Origin: Paraspadella gotoi
Lineage: Eukaryota; Animalia; Chaetognatha
Reading direction: 5' to 3'
Length of the DNA stretch: 64,000 nucleotides
NCBI GenBank assembly: GCA_051294375.1
Contig: CM119263.1
Coordinates: 7,045,645 to 7,109,644 of the forward strand
The notes below the pieces were generated by a model. The model had not been told where the DNA came from and did no database searches. It was given only the letters and a program-made list of their open reading frames with translations. Below, one piece after another: positions 18,801 through 33,333 of this stretch. The translations under genes were made by a program, and so were the position numbers. Positions within the stretch are counted from its first letter, which is position 1. Each line of letters starts with the position of its first letter.

Positions 18801-21800
18801 CAGGAAATATCAGGTCGATCAGAAGTAACCGAGTGCTTTGTGACGAGGGGAGAGGAGTCGGAGCCGGTGCTGACGGGAAAGGCGGGAGGGAACAAGAGCC
18901 AGATGAGCGAGATTTACATGAAATACTTAGTCAACGACGCCCGTAAAATCCGACCCTCCCATAACCGTTGGCTGTTTAGTTGAAGGAAATGTAAGCCAAA
19001 CTAACATTAAATGAGGAATGCAAACGCTGCTTCCAAACAGAGGACCAGCAGGAATGTCTTCTAATGATAGTCAAGTTAAATAAGCACAGGAAAGTAATTA
19101 TCTTACACGAGCACGCAAGAGAAAAAAGCTTCATTATTATATGATGAAGTCTATATAGATGGCAAACTCGAAAACAAGAAAGCACCACCAGAAATGACTT
19201 ATTATATACGAGTGAGTAACGATATTTCACAGCACAAAAAATAATGATGAGTGGAAAACTGTTCCTGACGTTTTTGGAAGCCCCATCTTATAAGGGAAAC
19301 ACCGCCATTAACTAAGGAAGACTGGGAGAGAGGTAGATATTACTCGTATCGGTATTCCGATCTTGCCTAATGGAAAAGTTGTACCCTCTCACATTAGATT
19401 CTGTAGGACCGAACATTCTAAATGAAAATTGTGGACGAATAAGATAATTTCCGAAACATCAATAGAAAAGCGGAGTCTTGCATATTAGCATAGACGTAAT
19501 ACCTGGTCCACCCATATCGAACTCAATGAAAGGTTGCTTGACAAAAATAAGACCATGGGCTTCTATTCTGTAATCATCAACACCTCGTCTCTCCGCAATG
19601 CGCTGTCAGTCGCGCTGCGCTGTTTTGATGTATCATAGGACCTTAAGCCTTACACCCCTGCGACCTGGTTTAAAACCTGAGGAAACCTGGTGCAGAACTC
19701 ATCAATGGTCGAGTCACGGTCATAAACAAGCGCAGAACGCAGGGGTAAGAGCCAAAAAGCTTCAGTTCATATGTGGTATCACTCGGGGCGTGCAGGCATA
19801 GTTGTTGTGCGTGTTTCTTCTGATCCATTCTCTGTAACGCCCTCGAGACCCACGGACTTCATGACAGTACGAGAGGCCGAGTTTTTTGAAAGACACCCGC
19901 AAATATCAGCCAAGCACCTTCGCGGACGAAGAGGTTTACCAGAGACAAACTGCCCGAACCTCCCGCGTTGTATCGACCCCCATACAACTGTCTCGAGCCC
20001 ACACCGATTATGCCACCGATAAACGGTGCTGATAAAAGCATGGGCCTCCGCGGAGTGGGACGGCGCACCGATCGTAAGCGTAACCATGAATAGAGCCGAG
20101 CCACTGAGGTCGAAAGCAGACGTTGATGCTAACAAGAAGCCGTGGCCAAGACTCCCTGAGCTAGACTGAATGGGAATCGGTGTGGAGAACGCCGTTTGAT
20201 CAGACAACCACGCGCGCGGCCGGGAGAAGATGGGCGTCGGGCGAGGTAAAGAGCAAACCGCAGAGTGCGGTCGTTTCTTGAGGTCGTAAAATACTCGATG
20301 GTAAGGACCCACTACGAAGAGAAAAAAAAACAAAGAAAAAAGTAAAAAAAAATTGTGCAAGTGGCAAAGGTTGAGGAGAAAGCCTGTAGTCCCCAGATGT
20401 CAAATCTGGTCGTCTCAGGAGTCTCTCCGTTCATGGCTTCTTTCTCTCTCTCTCTCCCTCTATACTTCCTCTCTCTCATCTCTCATCTCCTCATCCTCCT
20501 GTCTCGTTTCTCCCCATTAACACTCACAACGAAACAAAAGAGCCAAAACAACGCAAAAAATGCAAAACAAAATTTGGAAAAAGCTAAGCAAAAGAAGAAG
20601 GACAGTAACTGATAAGGTATTTTGTCAAACTGCCTGGATGACCTTCGTAACATCACCCAGAACAACGACCACATACTCATGACAATTCCGAATTAAACCC
20701 AAATTTGTTAGGCGATATCTTCTATGGGACCGCAACGACACAAGAGCGACACCACACAAGTTATTACTTTCAAGAACTGTTCTTATATGTTAAAACAAGC
20801 CCAAAGGATTCCTTAAATATAATCGCTGATTCGATGCGATTCCTAACGAATTCAATCGATCGAAACTTTCTGGGTACCATCTCCCACGTGCCGCCTCTAT
20901 CCTAGCCTACTGTACTTGGTTCCTTTTCCTGGACGGGCCCTACATCCAGCCCTCATGACAGGCGGGGGAATTGTTCCACCCTAACGTCATGACTATCCCA
21001 CACGAAGAGAACGAAATACGAACTTCCGAGTGGCTCCAATCAAAAATACGCAAGCCAGAGCGCATGTAAAATGAAAGCGAAATTAGAGAGAATGTGAGCG
21101 CAGACAATATCTGTATAGGCCGTACACGAAGGTGCTACGATCAATGTACATCGACATTTAAACGTACAAAAGACATATATAACAGAATTCCTAAACATAT
21201 AAAGAACCCATTTTTTTATATCACCAATAGCTGTTTTTTATCCCTTTTTATTAACGTGGGCCCCCAATCTGGCCGTACAGCACACCGTGGGAATCACTAA
21301 GGCCATCGATGTCATGGTCGATCTTCCCCAGTCCGCATTGGATTTCCAAATCTATGTCTTCAGCACTGACTCCAGACAATGCGTTGCCGTCCTCATCCAC
21401 ACACTGGGCAAGCGACTCCCACTGCGACGCCGAGCGAAACGCACCGCGGCTAAATGCCTAGAGATGTTGAGGAGAAACTTTGACAACACAGGAATTACTT
21501 TTTCTCTTTCAAAAATACATGATGCGGTAACAACTCGCGAATCATGTGAAAGATCTTCCGGAAGAACGGAGGCGGATCAGAGAGAAGCAGAGCGATGAGA
21601 ACGGGTATAGAAGAACCCTGGAATCCATTGAATAATAAGTCTATGAGTTAAACCATCAAATATCTCAGGATCCCCCGCCCTTAAATTATACTTGGTGGTG
21701 CCCACTTTTTTTATAGGGCAGATTCGCGGATTCATCTGGTATAAAGATCGAAAGTGACAGCACCAGTACGCTTGAAAGGCCAATGCCGGACATAACTAAG

Positions 21801-22740
21801 GAACGAATCCGCCAAGGTAACATTCCCTATTCGCAAAGCAGTAGACACGAGATCTGAATAACCACAGAAATAGAAGCTAACGAACATTGACTCGTCACCT
21901 GAAACTTACTTACTACACTAATTAATGCTGGTGAAATCGTGACTAATCAAAAAAAGCATTTTTCCATCCGTGAATCCCAGAACTGAAAAAAACAGTCACA
22001 TGACCTCAAGTTTAAGGGCCACCTTTAATTATGAGCCGCGCACTGTGGAAATTGACGAGCCACAGATAATGCGCAAAATTTCATCCGACAGAGCTGCAAT
22101 TTAGGCCAATAGGCCGATAGATAGTTAGACCTATCGTCGCATACTGAACTATACCAGAATTAAAGTGAGAATCTCATTGATCCTGTTTCATAAGTCTACT
22201 AATAAGGGCCTGACAACAGATACCGGTGTCCCCAACCACAGCTGGCTAACCAACAGATTACGAAGCAACTACAAAAAACATGGGGAGTTGACCAGAAAGA
22301 AATCTCTTAGCGATAGAGACCACGACCAGACGGGAGTATTATAAGATCTGTGCACGATTCTGATACGCTTAGCCCAGACTGAATATGCTTATATATGATC
22401 AATTCAATGATGGACACAAACGACGGAACCGGGTATAAGACATAGAGAACTCAAAACAATATACTCAGAGACCGGCATCTTTTTGTTCGAGAGGATAGTC
22501 GTAGAAAAGAGACCGTGCCACCATTAATAGTGGTGTGGCCCTCCATACTGGCCGGGATACCTTTAATCCTGATAACCTAACATGGCGCCGCACCATGCTA
22601 TAAAAGTGCGACAAAACATATAAGCCGTCTGATTATAAAAGTCACTTAACCAGAAACTAGAAAGCAGGAAAAATGTAGAGACTTTCATTTATAAATAAAC
22701 TCATCACTCTGTTAGACTTATTGACTATACACAATAAACA
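15827..22740. repeat. Heavily decayed same-strand copy of about 4509-8890 (continuation of the noisy arm); probable raw-read sequence
   Basis: Anchors: 15830-16330 matches 4510-5010; 18240-18360 matches 6490-6600; 21955-22015 matches 8570-8630; tattgactata at about 22719. A third, barely recognisable robo exon copy lies at about 18530-18826. Confidence 0.85.
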
Positions 22741-23096
22741 GGAATAAAACACCTTTGTTCAAATCTGTATTCTAACAGATACGATCATCAACGATCATAA
22801 TACCATCTTTTCAAGCTTTTCAATCTTTCAAACTCGTCATCTAATCTTTTTCAAGACTCATTGGAAAGTAAACCTCTATTCGAAAGCGTACGACAGACTA
22901 AAAACAAGATAAGGTTCAACAAAAGGCAACCAAATGTGAACGCGAAACTGAAAGAAGCGACGAGAAACACAAGCTGAAAGAACAAAAAAATTCATTCAAT
23001 AAAATAATAATAGAAGCAAAAAAAATAATATACTATATATATCTCTTCTCAAACAAATAAAAACAAAAAAACCTTTCTCTCTCTATCTCTTTCTCT

Positions 23097-23135
<39 letters not shown>

Positions 23136-23672
23136 AGAAAATGACGAAATCAATTTACGAAATACGTTTCATCGCCGCCCTGCGCAGCCCGATGACGGGC
23201 ACCACAACAGCCGGAAACGCTTAGCCTGGAACAAAATACGGAACACCAGGATCTTCGTCCCCTCACAATCGCATACTCCCAGCTTCCGATGGACCGCGTA
23301 CGCTGTCGTCTGAGAGGGGGGACGCATCGCAGAGGAAATCAAGACTGTAGAATCGGAAATCGGCGTCAACGAGGCCGAGCAAGAAAAGCCACCAAGAGAA
23401 GAATGGAACATTGTCATTGGCCAAGAAACAAATGGCACTGGGCCAATGGCACATGGGCTTCTTTCCGCCTGTAAATTTTTAACCCATGCCTCTGATCGAG
23501 GGAACGATATTAAAAGAAGAACCAGAACTGTATGAATTCACTCTGCCCAAAAATTGACACCGTTTTTTATTAACGTCTATTTCTTGAAGAAATAAATCCA
23601 CTTTGGTTTCGCCTAGAAATCCCTGTCTTGCTACCTTATTTGAAAGTATGTCATTAAGCTGAAATCAATTTC

Positions 23673-24010
23673 GATGGAATCGTTAGAGTGGAAAAGAGTT
23701 TTAAAATGGAAAAAAAACTAAAACCTGTTCACTAATTGATTATGCTTTCTTTTTCTTTTTATATTAAATGTAAATGCAGATGTATAAATTTAATCAATAT
23801 AATAATCTGTAATTAATCAATTAGTCAAATAAATTAATACAATTATAATTAATAGCAATAATCAATCAAAAAACAACATTTGGATCAATAATTATTAACT
23901 TGACTAATTAATTAATTAATTAACTTGAATTAAATAATTATTCATTAAGTTAATTATTTAATTACCGATAATGATCGTGGGCAGATCCGACATTGTTTGC
24001 TCAACTTGTT
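23673..24010 (+). mobile_element. Partial (3' part) copy of a DINE-1/HINE-like non-autonomous repeat
   Basis: It shares gatggaatcg...agtggaa..gagttttaaaatgg...atattaaatgtaaat, an (ATTA)n tract and aatgatcgtgggcagatccgacattgtttgctcaacttgtt with 46098-46384 and with the RC of 31352-31710. Confidence 0.55.
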
Positions 24011-24696
24011 TAAATATAAGGACTTGCAAATACAAAATTCCGAACAACGAAATTGTTTAACGTGAATGAACTCAGTCCAATATAATACATGTCATTTTTT
24101 TTTTCAGTGAAAAAGCGAAATGACGCGGATACAGAAATGTGTGATGAAAAAATGCGTAAGATCTCATCTAGCTATTTATTTTTTATTCTCATTTATTTTT
24201 TACCTATATATTTATTTTAACACTCATGGCCAAATTGGCCATGTATCTTTTTTTTTCCAGTTGAAAACCACCCATCACAAAGACCTATATCACTTTTTCT
24301 CTCAAACACTTTCGATTCCTTGTGGATCAAGATTTTCAATGAGAGCAATTACATGGCAGCAGTACAAAGCCGGATTTCAGCTTTGTGAGGATTTAATTTT
24401 ACATTCTTAAAATTATAATTATTTCTCAATCCTTAAGACAAATGATTTTAAGCTAAGACACTTTTTTCAAATATTAAAATGGTTGTTGGATATTAGAGTG
24501 GAGCACTGGGGAACAAAAATTTTATTTGAGTGAACAAACAAGGAATATTTAAACGTAAGATAGTATGATTAAGGAGTACATGAAAAATATTTTGCTAACT
24601 AATTTTTTAAATAAAAGTTAGATAAATATAATAAATATAAAATATTTTATAAAAATGTTAATATCTTCAGTNNNNNNNNNNNNNNNNNNNNNNNNN

Positions 24697-24765
24697 CGGT
24701 GGCACAGGAACGATTGACAACGAATGACTTCGAAGCGTCCATTAAAAACAAGGACCTCTTCGTAC

Positions 24766-24843
<78 letters not shown>

Positions 24844-24969
24844 ATTCTCTTTCTCCTTTTTTTCTTTAATGCCAACGACGATCGCCGTTAATCAATTCCC
24901 GTCACGTCCGAACGAGTCTAGACTAGTAAGAAAATATCGCGGAATCAACGGCGCAGAGAAAGGAGAGAC

Positions 24970-25011
<42 letters not shown>

Positions 25012-25128
25012 GAGAGAGAGAGAGGGAGAGAGAGAGAAGAGTTTAGGCAGTTGAACGCGAAAAAAAAAAAAGGGATATTAAGTTTCGGTGGAGGAAGACT
25101 GGGTCGTATCGCTAGGGGGCCGGGGGCG
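24697..25128. repeat. Same-strand duplicate of about 11843-12290 immediately after a 25-N gap; probable artefact
   Basis: The stretch cgattgacaacgaatgacttcgaagcgtccattaaa...gtttaggcagttgaacgcgaaaa...gactgggtcgta is present in both places. Confidence 0.9.
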
Positions 25129-25369
25129 AAAAAGCCCTGACTACTAAGATTTTTTTTATTTTATAAAACTATTAAAATTTAAAAATAAATTCGAAGAAAA
25201 GTATAATCTAAAAAATCAAGCGGAATGACAAAAGATATAAAAAACTACGTCGATCAAGTAAAAAGAAAAAAAAAAATTATAATGCGAAGAACAGACGTAT
25301 AATCATGAAGGAAAGAAGATTAATGGATGTAAGGAGAGATTAAAAAAGAAATAAAGAAAGATGAAAAAA

Positions 25370-25371
<2 letters not shown>

Positions 25372-25465
<94 letters not shown>

Positions 25466-25466
25466 A
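25372..25466. repeat. (GAAA)n microsatellite
   Basis: Directly visible. Confidence 0.97.
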
Positions 25467-28400
25467 AAGTAGGATTCATTCATTGGCGTCGACGAATCAG
25501 ATGTTTCCGATACCGCTGCCGCTGCTGCCGCTGCCGCCACTGCCGCCGCTTCCGCTGCCTCCCCCGTTCACCACAACCAGCGACGCAATTGGCCGCATAT
25601 AACGCTATCTGTCACGCCGATGGTGTAACCAACGGATTCGCCGTCTGTCACGCTTTCTGTCACTCTATCCATCTGTCCATCTGTTACCACATGAATCACT
25701 CATTGTGGGTAAAGGAAATGAAAGAAATGGAAAGGAATTTTATTATATCGATTTCTTCTACAATCAAACTATTACAAATTTACAAAAAGCAACAAAATAG
25801 GAAAGCAAAAAAAAAAAAACATAATTTAAGACGAAACCGAAACAAATTGACGATAAGTATGTCAACTTTCAGCCTCGCGAGGGAAGGAAAATTGCTTTTC
25901 AAATGAGAGAACCAATTTTTTTTAATGTTTTTTTTTTTCTTGTAAAAAAAAAAGTTTTCTCCTCAATTTTTTTTTTCATATGTGGATCCAAAAACTTTCT
26001 TTACTGATTTCCCAGGAGAATTAAATGGGGAGGGATTTTCGAAAAAAATGGCACCAACTCTGCTTTCATCGTCGTTGTCGTTGTGGTCGTCGTTGTCGAC
26101 TGCACTTGGAAGGGATCAACCAAACGGAGCAGTAATAAAAGTGAACAAAGATAAAAATACGAGACGGCGCTATCAGTTGATAGCGAATCGGACACACTCG
26201 TCGCACGACCACGCATCCAGCACGCATCATCACCGAACAATCGCCGCGGCTCGCACACATATCGACACACTGCGCGTCGACTCATTCGCCACTGTCTCTT
26301 AACCACTTGAGCGCCAACTCTTCGTACGGCAATACATCCACACGCTCAATCCATAAACCTCGGCCACGTTCTTTGAAATTAATTTCTTTTTTTCTATCTC
26401 GCACATGAAGTGAATGTCCTACATAAGATTCTTCATCGCTTTCGAGATTTTCCTTCTTCTCCCTTCTTCTCTTCTCCTCTCGTGCTTCCTCCTCTCCGGT
26501 TGTCTAAATATGTGCCCAATCTGTTGCCGCCAGAACCTTCGTCCTTGGCAATTACTGGATCACTTCGTCAGCTTCGTCAACATAAAACCTGAAGCTCCAG
26601 CGTTTTCATCTGTCTCTGATCTGTTCTTTGTATAAATGGTGCCCTTCAATCTTGTATGTTTCTCTTCACAACTGTGGGTGATCTTCGTCCTTCGACTTCA
26701 TCTTCGTCTTGATTCGTCTTTTGGATCTTGCTAGGACGCCCATAGGTCGTGTAGAGCTTTTCCCGTGCACCTCCTCGTCTCTCACGTCCCGTTTTACCTT
26801 TCGCAAGACTAATTAAGATTTTAACTGAAAGTTTAACCAATGAACAAAAAAGAGAAATACATAGATTTTTCTTTCACTATTTGAATATGAAATCGAATTT
26901 TTCACTACTAAAGCCAAATCAAAAACTGTCTAACATTTAAATGCTCGTGAGTTTCAACGAAGTGTAGTTTTTTGTAGAAAGTGAACATTCAAACTCTGAA
27001 GAATTGTTATTGATCAATTATACCGTCAATTTTCATGTTACAATTTTTTTTTATCTTACATTTTGGGCAGTAAGGGATTTTTGCTTTTTTCCTCAAATTA
27101 ATCTTTTGTTTCATAAACTCGTTACGTCGACTCGTCTTATGGCACCTCAAAGACGGTATTGAAGAGTTTAGTAACTAGGCAACTCAAATAAACAAAATAT
27201 CGTCGACGCCGTAAGCAGTGCCCGTACGACTATGCAGTGTATTACAGCTATTCTGTAAACGTACAACTATTCTTTACATCGAGAATGAGAAAAACATTTT
27301 TCAGTTGAAGAGTGAAACATAAATCACGTGTTCTGAGAAAGTGAACGTTTGTCACGTGACCGGAAGAATGGATTAAGTGGAAAATATAAATAAATAAACG
27401 CTAGAAAAGAGTAGAGAGAGAGAGAGAGAGAGAGAGATCGGCGACAAGGCTATTTCATCGAAATCTCCGCGAAAATGTGGGAGGCCCTCCATCGAGATGG
27501 AATCAATTATATCCACTGTTTGATGATGTCGACAAATCTTTCGCTTCCCACGAATACAGCAAAAGAGTGAGGGATTAAATTGCGCGAGAGAGAGAAAGAG
27601 TGAGAAAGAGATTGTAAGCAAAGAGAAAGAGGCAGAGAGAGAGAGAATGAAGCAAAAACCTATAAGAACAGATAAAAGCGGGAAAATGATAGAAAAGAAT
27701 AAGAAATAAAAGAAAGAGGGAGAGAGTGATTATAAGATATAGAAGAGAAAGAGCGAAACTTTCGCCGGAAGAGTGATATCATGAAATTATAGGAGAGAAT
27801 TAGAGATATGAGAAAGAGGAAGAAAAAGAATGAGAAAAAGAGCGAAAGAAAGGGGAAAGATTAAAACAAAAATATTTATAAAAGTGAAAGAGAGATAAGA
27901 ATAGTAATAACAGAAAACAGAGAGGAGAAGAAAAAAAAATAATGACAAAATAAGTGAATAAAGAACAAAGTGACGGCTAAAGAAAATAAGAAAAATCCAA
28001 CAAAAAATAGCAAAAAGAGAAAAGAAAATATATTTAATCGGAGAAAAAAATGTTATGAAGACGAATTCTGCGGGGAAGGGAGGCGGCTGTTTTTTTTTAT
28101 TAACGCGAGGCTTCGCCTTCCCGCGCCAAATTGAAATTGATGGGCTGCTGCATAGATAATCATTAAATCTGTCCGCTTTTTTTCTCACGAAAATAAGGCG
28201 CGAAATCGAAAGAGATGTTTTAAACTGTTCAAGTTTCGTTTGTCGAATTTTTTTTTTATTGGGTTTACACCTTAATGTAGGAAAACGACACAAAGACGAC
28301 TACAAAATACAATTAAAATTTTATAACGTAAATAAATTTTAAGAATAAAGATTTATGTTGAGACGAATTAATAACGAATTGTTTTTTGAGAGCGGTAAAA

Positions 28401-28687
28401 AGAATCGCAAGGAAAATGTTTTTAAAGCACTGTCATTGAAATCGTACAACTAAGTCACTAAAGGAGAAGTTAGTACTCGTTTTTTAGTTACCTCAACAAG
28501 CATAGATTAAACATTTTACATTAGAATCAAGTTATCTGGACTAAATTAGTATCTTAGCTCAAGCGGTTTAGCCACCAAACTCAGCTGACTTATTTTCTAC
28601 TCAACGTCTTGAATGATTGCTGACTGCTGAACGGTTTATGGCAGAGGGCAAAAATGCAACACTCAGCAAAAATTAGAAAGAAGGAGG

Positions 28688-28808
<121 letters not shown>

Positions 28809-30191
28809 TTGGTAGAATTATGAGCCGCAGTAGAACACGGGAGATAAGGTTGAAAGATGGGAAAGGGGAAAGAAACGAAGAAGCTGCTGCTTCATTTTGC
28901 TATATTTTGCCATGAAACCGTCGAGGGAAAGAGGCCAAGGGAAAGAGGCTGAAGAAAAGAGGACATAAAGAAAGAGGCCAGGCCTCAGACAAAAAGGCAC
29001 CAAGGAGAGAGAGGGTGCCAAAACTTTATAAAAAAAACTAAAAAAAAACTAAACACGTCAAGAAAAAAATATTGAAAACAGAATAATAATAAATTGAGAG
29101 AAGAAATGCCAAATTGGAATAAAAAAAGAATATAATAAGATTGTATACTGGGATATATTTAAAATCAAATAAAAGTCACTTTAAATAGCATGAAAGATAC
29201 AGAAGATACAGAAGAACCATTAACGCTGCCCCCCTCAAATTGTATTAAATTATAAAAAATCATATTAAAATATTTTTAGTAAGTATAGCCAGGGAAACAA
29301 ATAGTTTATTGTTAGATTATAATTTCATAAAAACATGCTAAAACAAAAGTCGTAACCATAAAGGGTTTCCAGATGCTTTGATAGGTGTCGCAATAATACA
29401 CGTTCTTTTACGAAAACAGAAGAACAATCGCTGTTCTTTTGGAAAGCTAAGCTTATACCTCGATAGCTCGTTCAATAGTGTCCTCTCGCGGAAATAAGGG
29501 AAGACCTTTACAACAAAAGAGAAACGCCAATTTCAGCTTATTTAAATCGAAGAACCTCGCGCGTCAGATCTTATTACTTTTAAAACATTTTCATGGATAT
29601 AATAATATCATTCAAATTTTGCACGGTTAATAAACAGCCTTAATCGTACTTTATGCATCACGATTAAAGAAATCAGACAATTATTGAACTTCGGGACGGA
29701 AAGAACCGCGTTAGATAATCAGAGATAATTCATTTCGATTGAATTTCTTGATTTCTATTTAACTCAATTAAGAGGAAGGGTCATTCAGCTCCACTATTCG
29801 TAAACTTTTTTTTTCCAGTATTATTTATTCTTTAGTTTATGCTCCAAATAATTCGGTAACTCGCTATTTTTTTCGATTTTGGTTGCTTAGCAGATTTAGT
29901 AGAGTCGACAGATTTTGGCAGAACATTTTTTCGCAAAATCGCGTCGACAGGGGAAAAAATGAATAAAAAATGCTCCTGCTGCTTTAAGTAGGGGTAGCCG
30001 CACTCAATGGGGTGAGTCAAAAATTTAGAGCGAGTACATGCTCAAACGAATATTTAGACATTTTTAAGAATACTTTCAATGGACAAAAAATTTCTAATAT
30101 GGCTCTATACCCTAGTAATTAATTTTTTAATATTTATTTATAAATAGGAAAGGCCAAAAAATTTTATTATAATTTTTTAATTTTAAGACCA

Positions 30192-30412
30192 GATTCAGAT
30201 AGCTCATAAAAAGTTGTCTACACAAAGTATGATTCTTTTTTAAATATTTTTACGATAAGTGTGTCAAAAATAAGAAAAACCGTAAAAAATCATCATCATC
30301 ATCATCTTTTAATGATTTTATCAGTTTTTTTATATTTTCACTGAGAAAACGTAAGAATTTTTAAAAGCAGTAATTATATTTCTTGTTTAACTTTTTATGC
30401 TCTATCAGAATC
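30192..30412. mobile_element. AT-rich imperfect foldback; probable internal arms of a non-autonomous DNA transposon
   Basis: gattcagatagctcataaaaagtt (30192-30215) matches the RC of aactttttatgctctatcagaatc (30389-30412) at 21/24 positions. Inner arms flank a (CAT)n centre near 30300. Termini were not identified. Confidence 0.4.
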
Positions 30413-31206
30413 CATCAAAAAATTTCAAGATTTAAAAAAAAATTTTTTTGCTCTATATAGTAATATAATATTTTTAATTAGGCTAGTACCCTCAGAAGAA
30501 AGCATATTTGAAAAAAAATATTTTAATACCATAATCTATGGTCATGATAGATTATTTTAACGCTGTATACATTAGCATTTAAATTTCATCGGCTATGGCT
30601 ACTTTAAGATAACTTAAAATGATGCGGTTTTTAAGATTTAACAAAAATAATAATTAGTCCAACTCAATAAAACTATAAAATAAATAAATTTAAAGTCAAA
30701 AAGAAAAACTAACTAAAATCATATTTCTTTATAATTATCTTATCATGTAGGGAATATTTTGCATTAGTTTCAAGTAATTTAAAAAATTTAAAGTTAATCT
30801 AAAATGATGAATTGAAAAAATGTCGTTTTTTGACTAACCTTTTTAAAAAATTCATTGCAGACAAACGGTGAATCATTAACAAAAATCTTAAAAGTATAGT
30901 GATCTCGCCAGACGTTACTATCAAAGAAAATTAATAAAAAAGTACTATATTTTAATTTGCATATTACAGTAAATCATGATAAAGTTGAAATTTAAAAAAA
31001 AATACTTTAAATAATATGAAACAAAAAAAATGGACATACATTTCAACTGCCTCACTACCTCACTAATGAAACTTGATAACTAGATATATTCTTTGGTAGT
31101 TAAACCATAAACCTGCAAAAAAAGATAAAAAATTGTTTATTATTATTGTAATAGCTACTTAAAAAAGTGGCGAGCCAGAATAAAAGAGTGGTTCAACCTG
31201 GGCTAT

Positions 31207-31351
31207 GATGCGATGATTGTTATTTACTGATATGATGATAGTCATTTACTGATATAAATATTATCATTCATTGATATAATGATAATCATTCATTGATGCG
31301 TTGATAAGAATTTATTGACATGATGATAATCATTTATTTATGCGATGATAA
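31207..31351. repeat. Minisatellite, about 22-nt unit (tgatgataatcatttattgata-like), 6-7 degenerate copies
   Basis: Periodic recurrence of tcatt(t/c)a(c/t)tgat. Confidence 0.7.
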
Positions 31352-31985
31352 CCACGATCATTAATGGTAATTAATTAATTAATAAATACAAACTATATAA
31401 ACTAAAATAATATTTGTTTTTAGGTTTTTTTATCACTGATCATAACAAAAGCAACAACGACGATGATGGCAATGACGACAATAACGCTGATAAAGATTGA
31501 CTTAATTAATTGATTAAATAATTAATTAATTAATTGACCGATTAATTAATTATTTATTAATTTATTGATTAATTGATTAAATAACTGGTTAATTATTTGA
31601 TTAATTAATACATCTTGCATTTACATTTAATATAAAAAGAAAAAGAAGCATAATCAATTAGTAAAACAGTTTTTTTTATTTTTTCTATTTAAACTTATTT
31701 CCAATTCCATCAAAACTTTATATCCAACTCAATCACACACTTCCTTACCCACACACAAAATTTTATTCCAATCCATCCATCAAATCACAAGTAATTAGAG
31801 TTTTTTGTTAAGGTGGGATGGATGGACAGACAGACAGACAGATAGATGGACAGACAGACGGACAGACAGATGGACAGACGGATGGACGGACATCATTTTT
31901 TTTTCATAATTTATCATAATTCGATATTCTGATATATTATAAATGAATGCCCGACAAGATTTGGGGGCGGACCGACAAAGTGAAT
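31352..31985 (-). mobile_element. DINE-1/HINE-like non-autonomous repeat, 3'-truncated copy with (GACA/GACG)n core
   Basis: The RC aligns to 45060-45404 (ccgcccccaa.tcttgtcgggcattca, (GTCT)n, ccacctta) and continues directly into sequence matching 46098-46352. Confidence 0.6.
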
Positions 31986-32944
31986 AAAAAACAAAATTGT
32001 AATAAAAAAGTGTGATGCCGATGTAAACGATAACAACAACAATGACAACGACGACGTCACAAAGAAGCTGAGCTGAAACAAAATCTAGCCAAGACGGGCT
32101 GGCGAGATAAAAATTCTTCTACCCAAGTAGAAAGAACATGAGGGCGAACCCAGAAGCGGAGTAAAATATTTATCTTCACCTTGAAAATTAGTGCCAAAAC
32201 TTAAAAGATTTTTGAAGATAGAAATTGCTTAAAAACCATCTTTGCAGTATCAAATTTATAAGGGAATGGTTTTATTTACCCCATTGTTCGGCACTCTTTG
32301 TGATATAGTTCAAAGTATAAAAAAATTATCATTCATATTTGAAGTATCAGGGTCAAAGTCTAAAAACACTTTTGTTTAGGATGTAAGTTGAAATTATAAA
32401 AAGTCTCTCTCTTACATTTTATTATTCACTAATAAAAAATTCACAAAAAATATCAGTTGGATCGGTTTTTTCGTTTGACCTGCAACTCTTCCAATAAGTT
32501 TCTTTTATTTTATATTATAATTGAAACCGATATAAAATGGCATAGAATCCATCAAATGTTTAAAGTGAAAACATCTTCGGAATTTTTTTTAAAGTTGACT
32601 TGAATGAACCTTGGTCTTAACGATTTAAACTTCTTCCCCTTACACTTGATATTGATCTCGATGAGTCAAAAACAAGAAAAACGAGAAATCTGAAGTCCTT
32701 CGAACTTGAATCTTTTTAAAAGACAAACCCATTTCCGAAAGAAAAAACCGACGTCAACAACTTTAGCTTACTGGGATATTTCAATTAATTCTTTTCCACA
32801 TTCGTTCGCTTTTAGAAACTACAATTAAAGGGATTTTTTATTCATAAAGAATATATTTTGTTTATCGTTCTAACGGATAGTGAAGTTTAACTAATTCTGT
32901 TTATTTATTTTTGGGGATAAATCAAAAATAGTAAAGACGAAAAA

Positions 32945-33045
32945 ATGTCGGAGGAAATAAACGACGACGAACTTGTGCCAGAAATCGTGGAAGTAATGAA
33001 GAAACACTCAGTAGATATGATGAAGTTCGCCTACTGCCCTTACAG
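32945..33045 (+). CDS. CDA: Cytidine deaminase exon 1
   Basis: ATG at 32945 in an aaaaATG context. Translation MSEEINDDELVPEIVEVMKKHSVDMMKFAYCPY(S) contains the conserved AYCPYS motif. Donor AG|gtacaa, phase 2. Confidence 0.9.
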
Positions 33046-33063
33046 GTACAACTGAACCCATAA

Positions 33064-33333
<270 letters not shown>

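Noticed and set aside
23098-23132. The poly(A) tail of a retrocopy or LINE
   Set aside because: The upstream sequence is noisy read-like DNA with no RT fragment or TSD. It fits a read junction better.
26001-26230. The Robo signal-peptide exon (…SYFYLCSLLLLLRLVDP… on the minus strand)
   Set aside because: A hydrophobic stretch is present, but there is no good phase-1 donor and other frames look equally plausible.
26420-26840. A neuropeptide precursor or other coding exon on the minus strand
   Set aside because: Stop codons interrupt the plausible frames, and there is no repeated peptide motif or clear splice pair.
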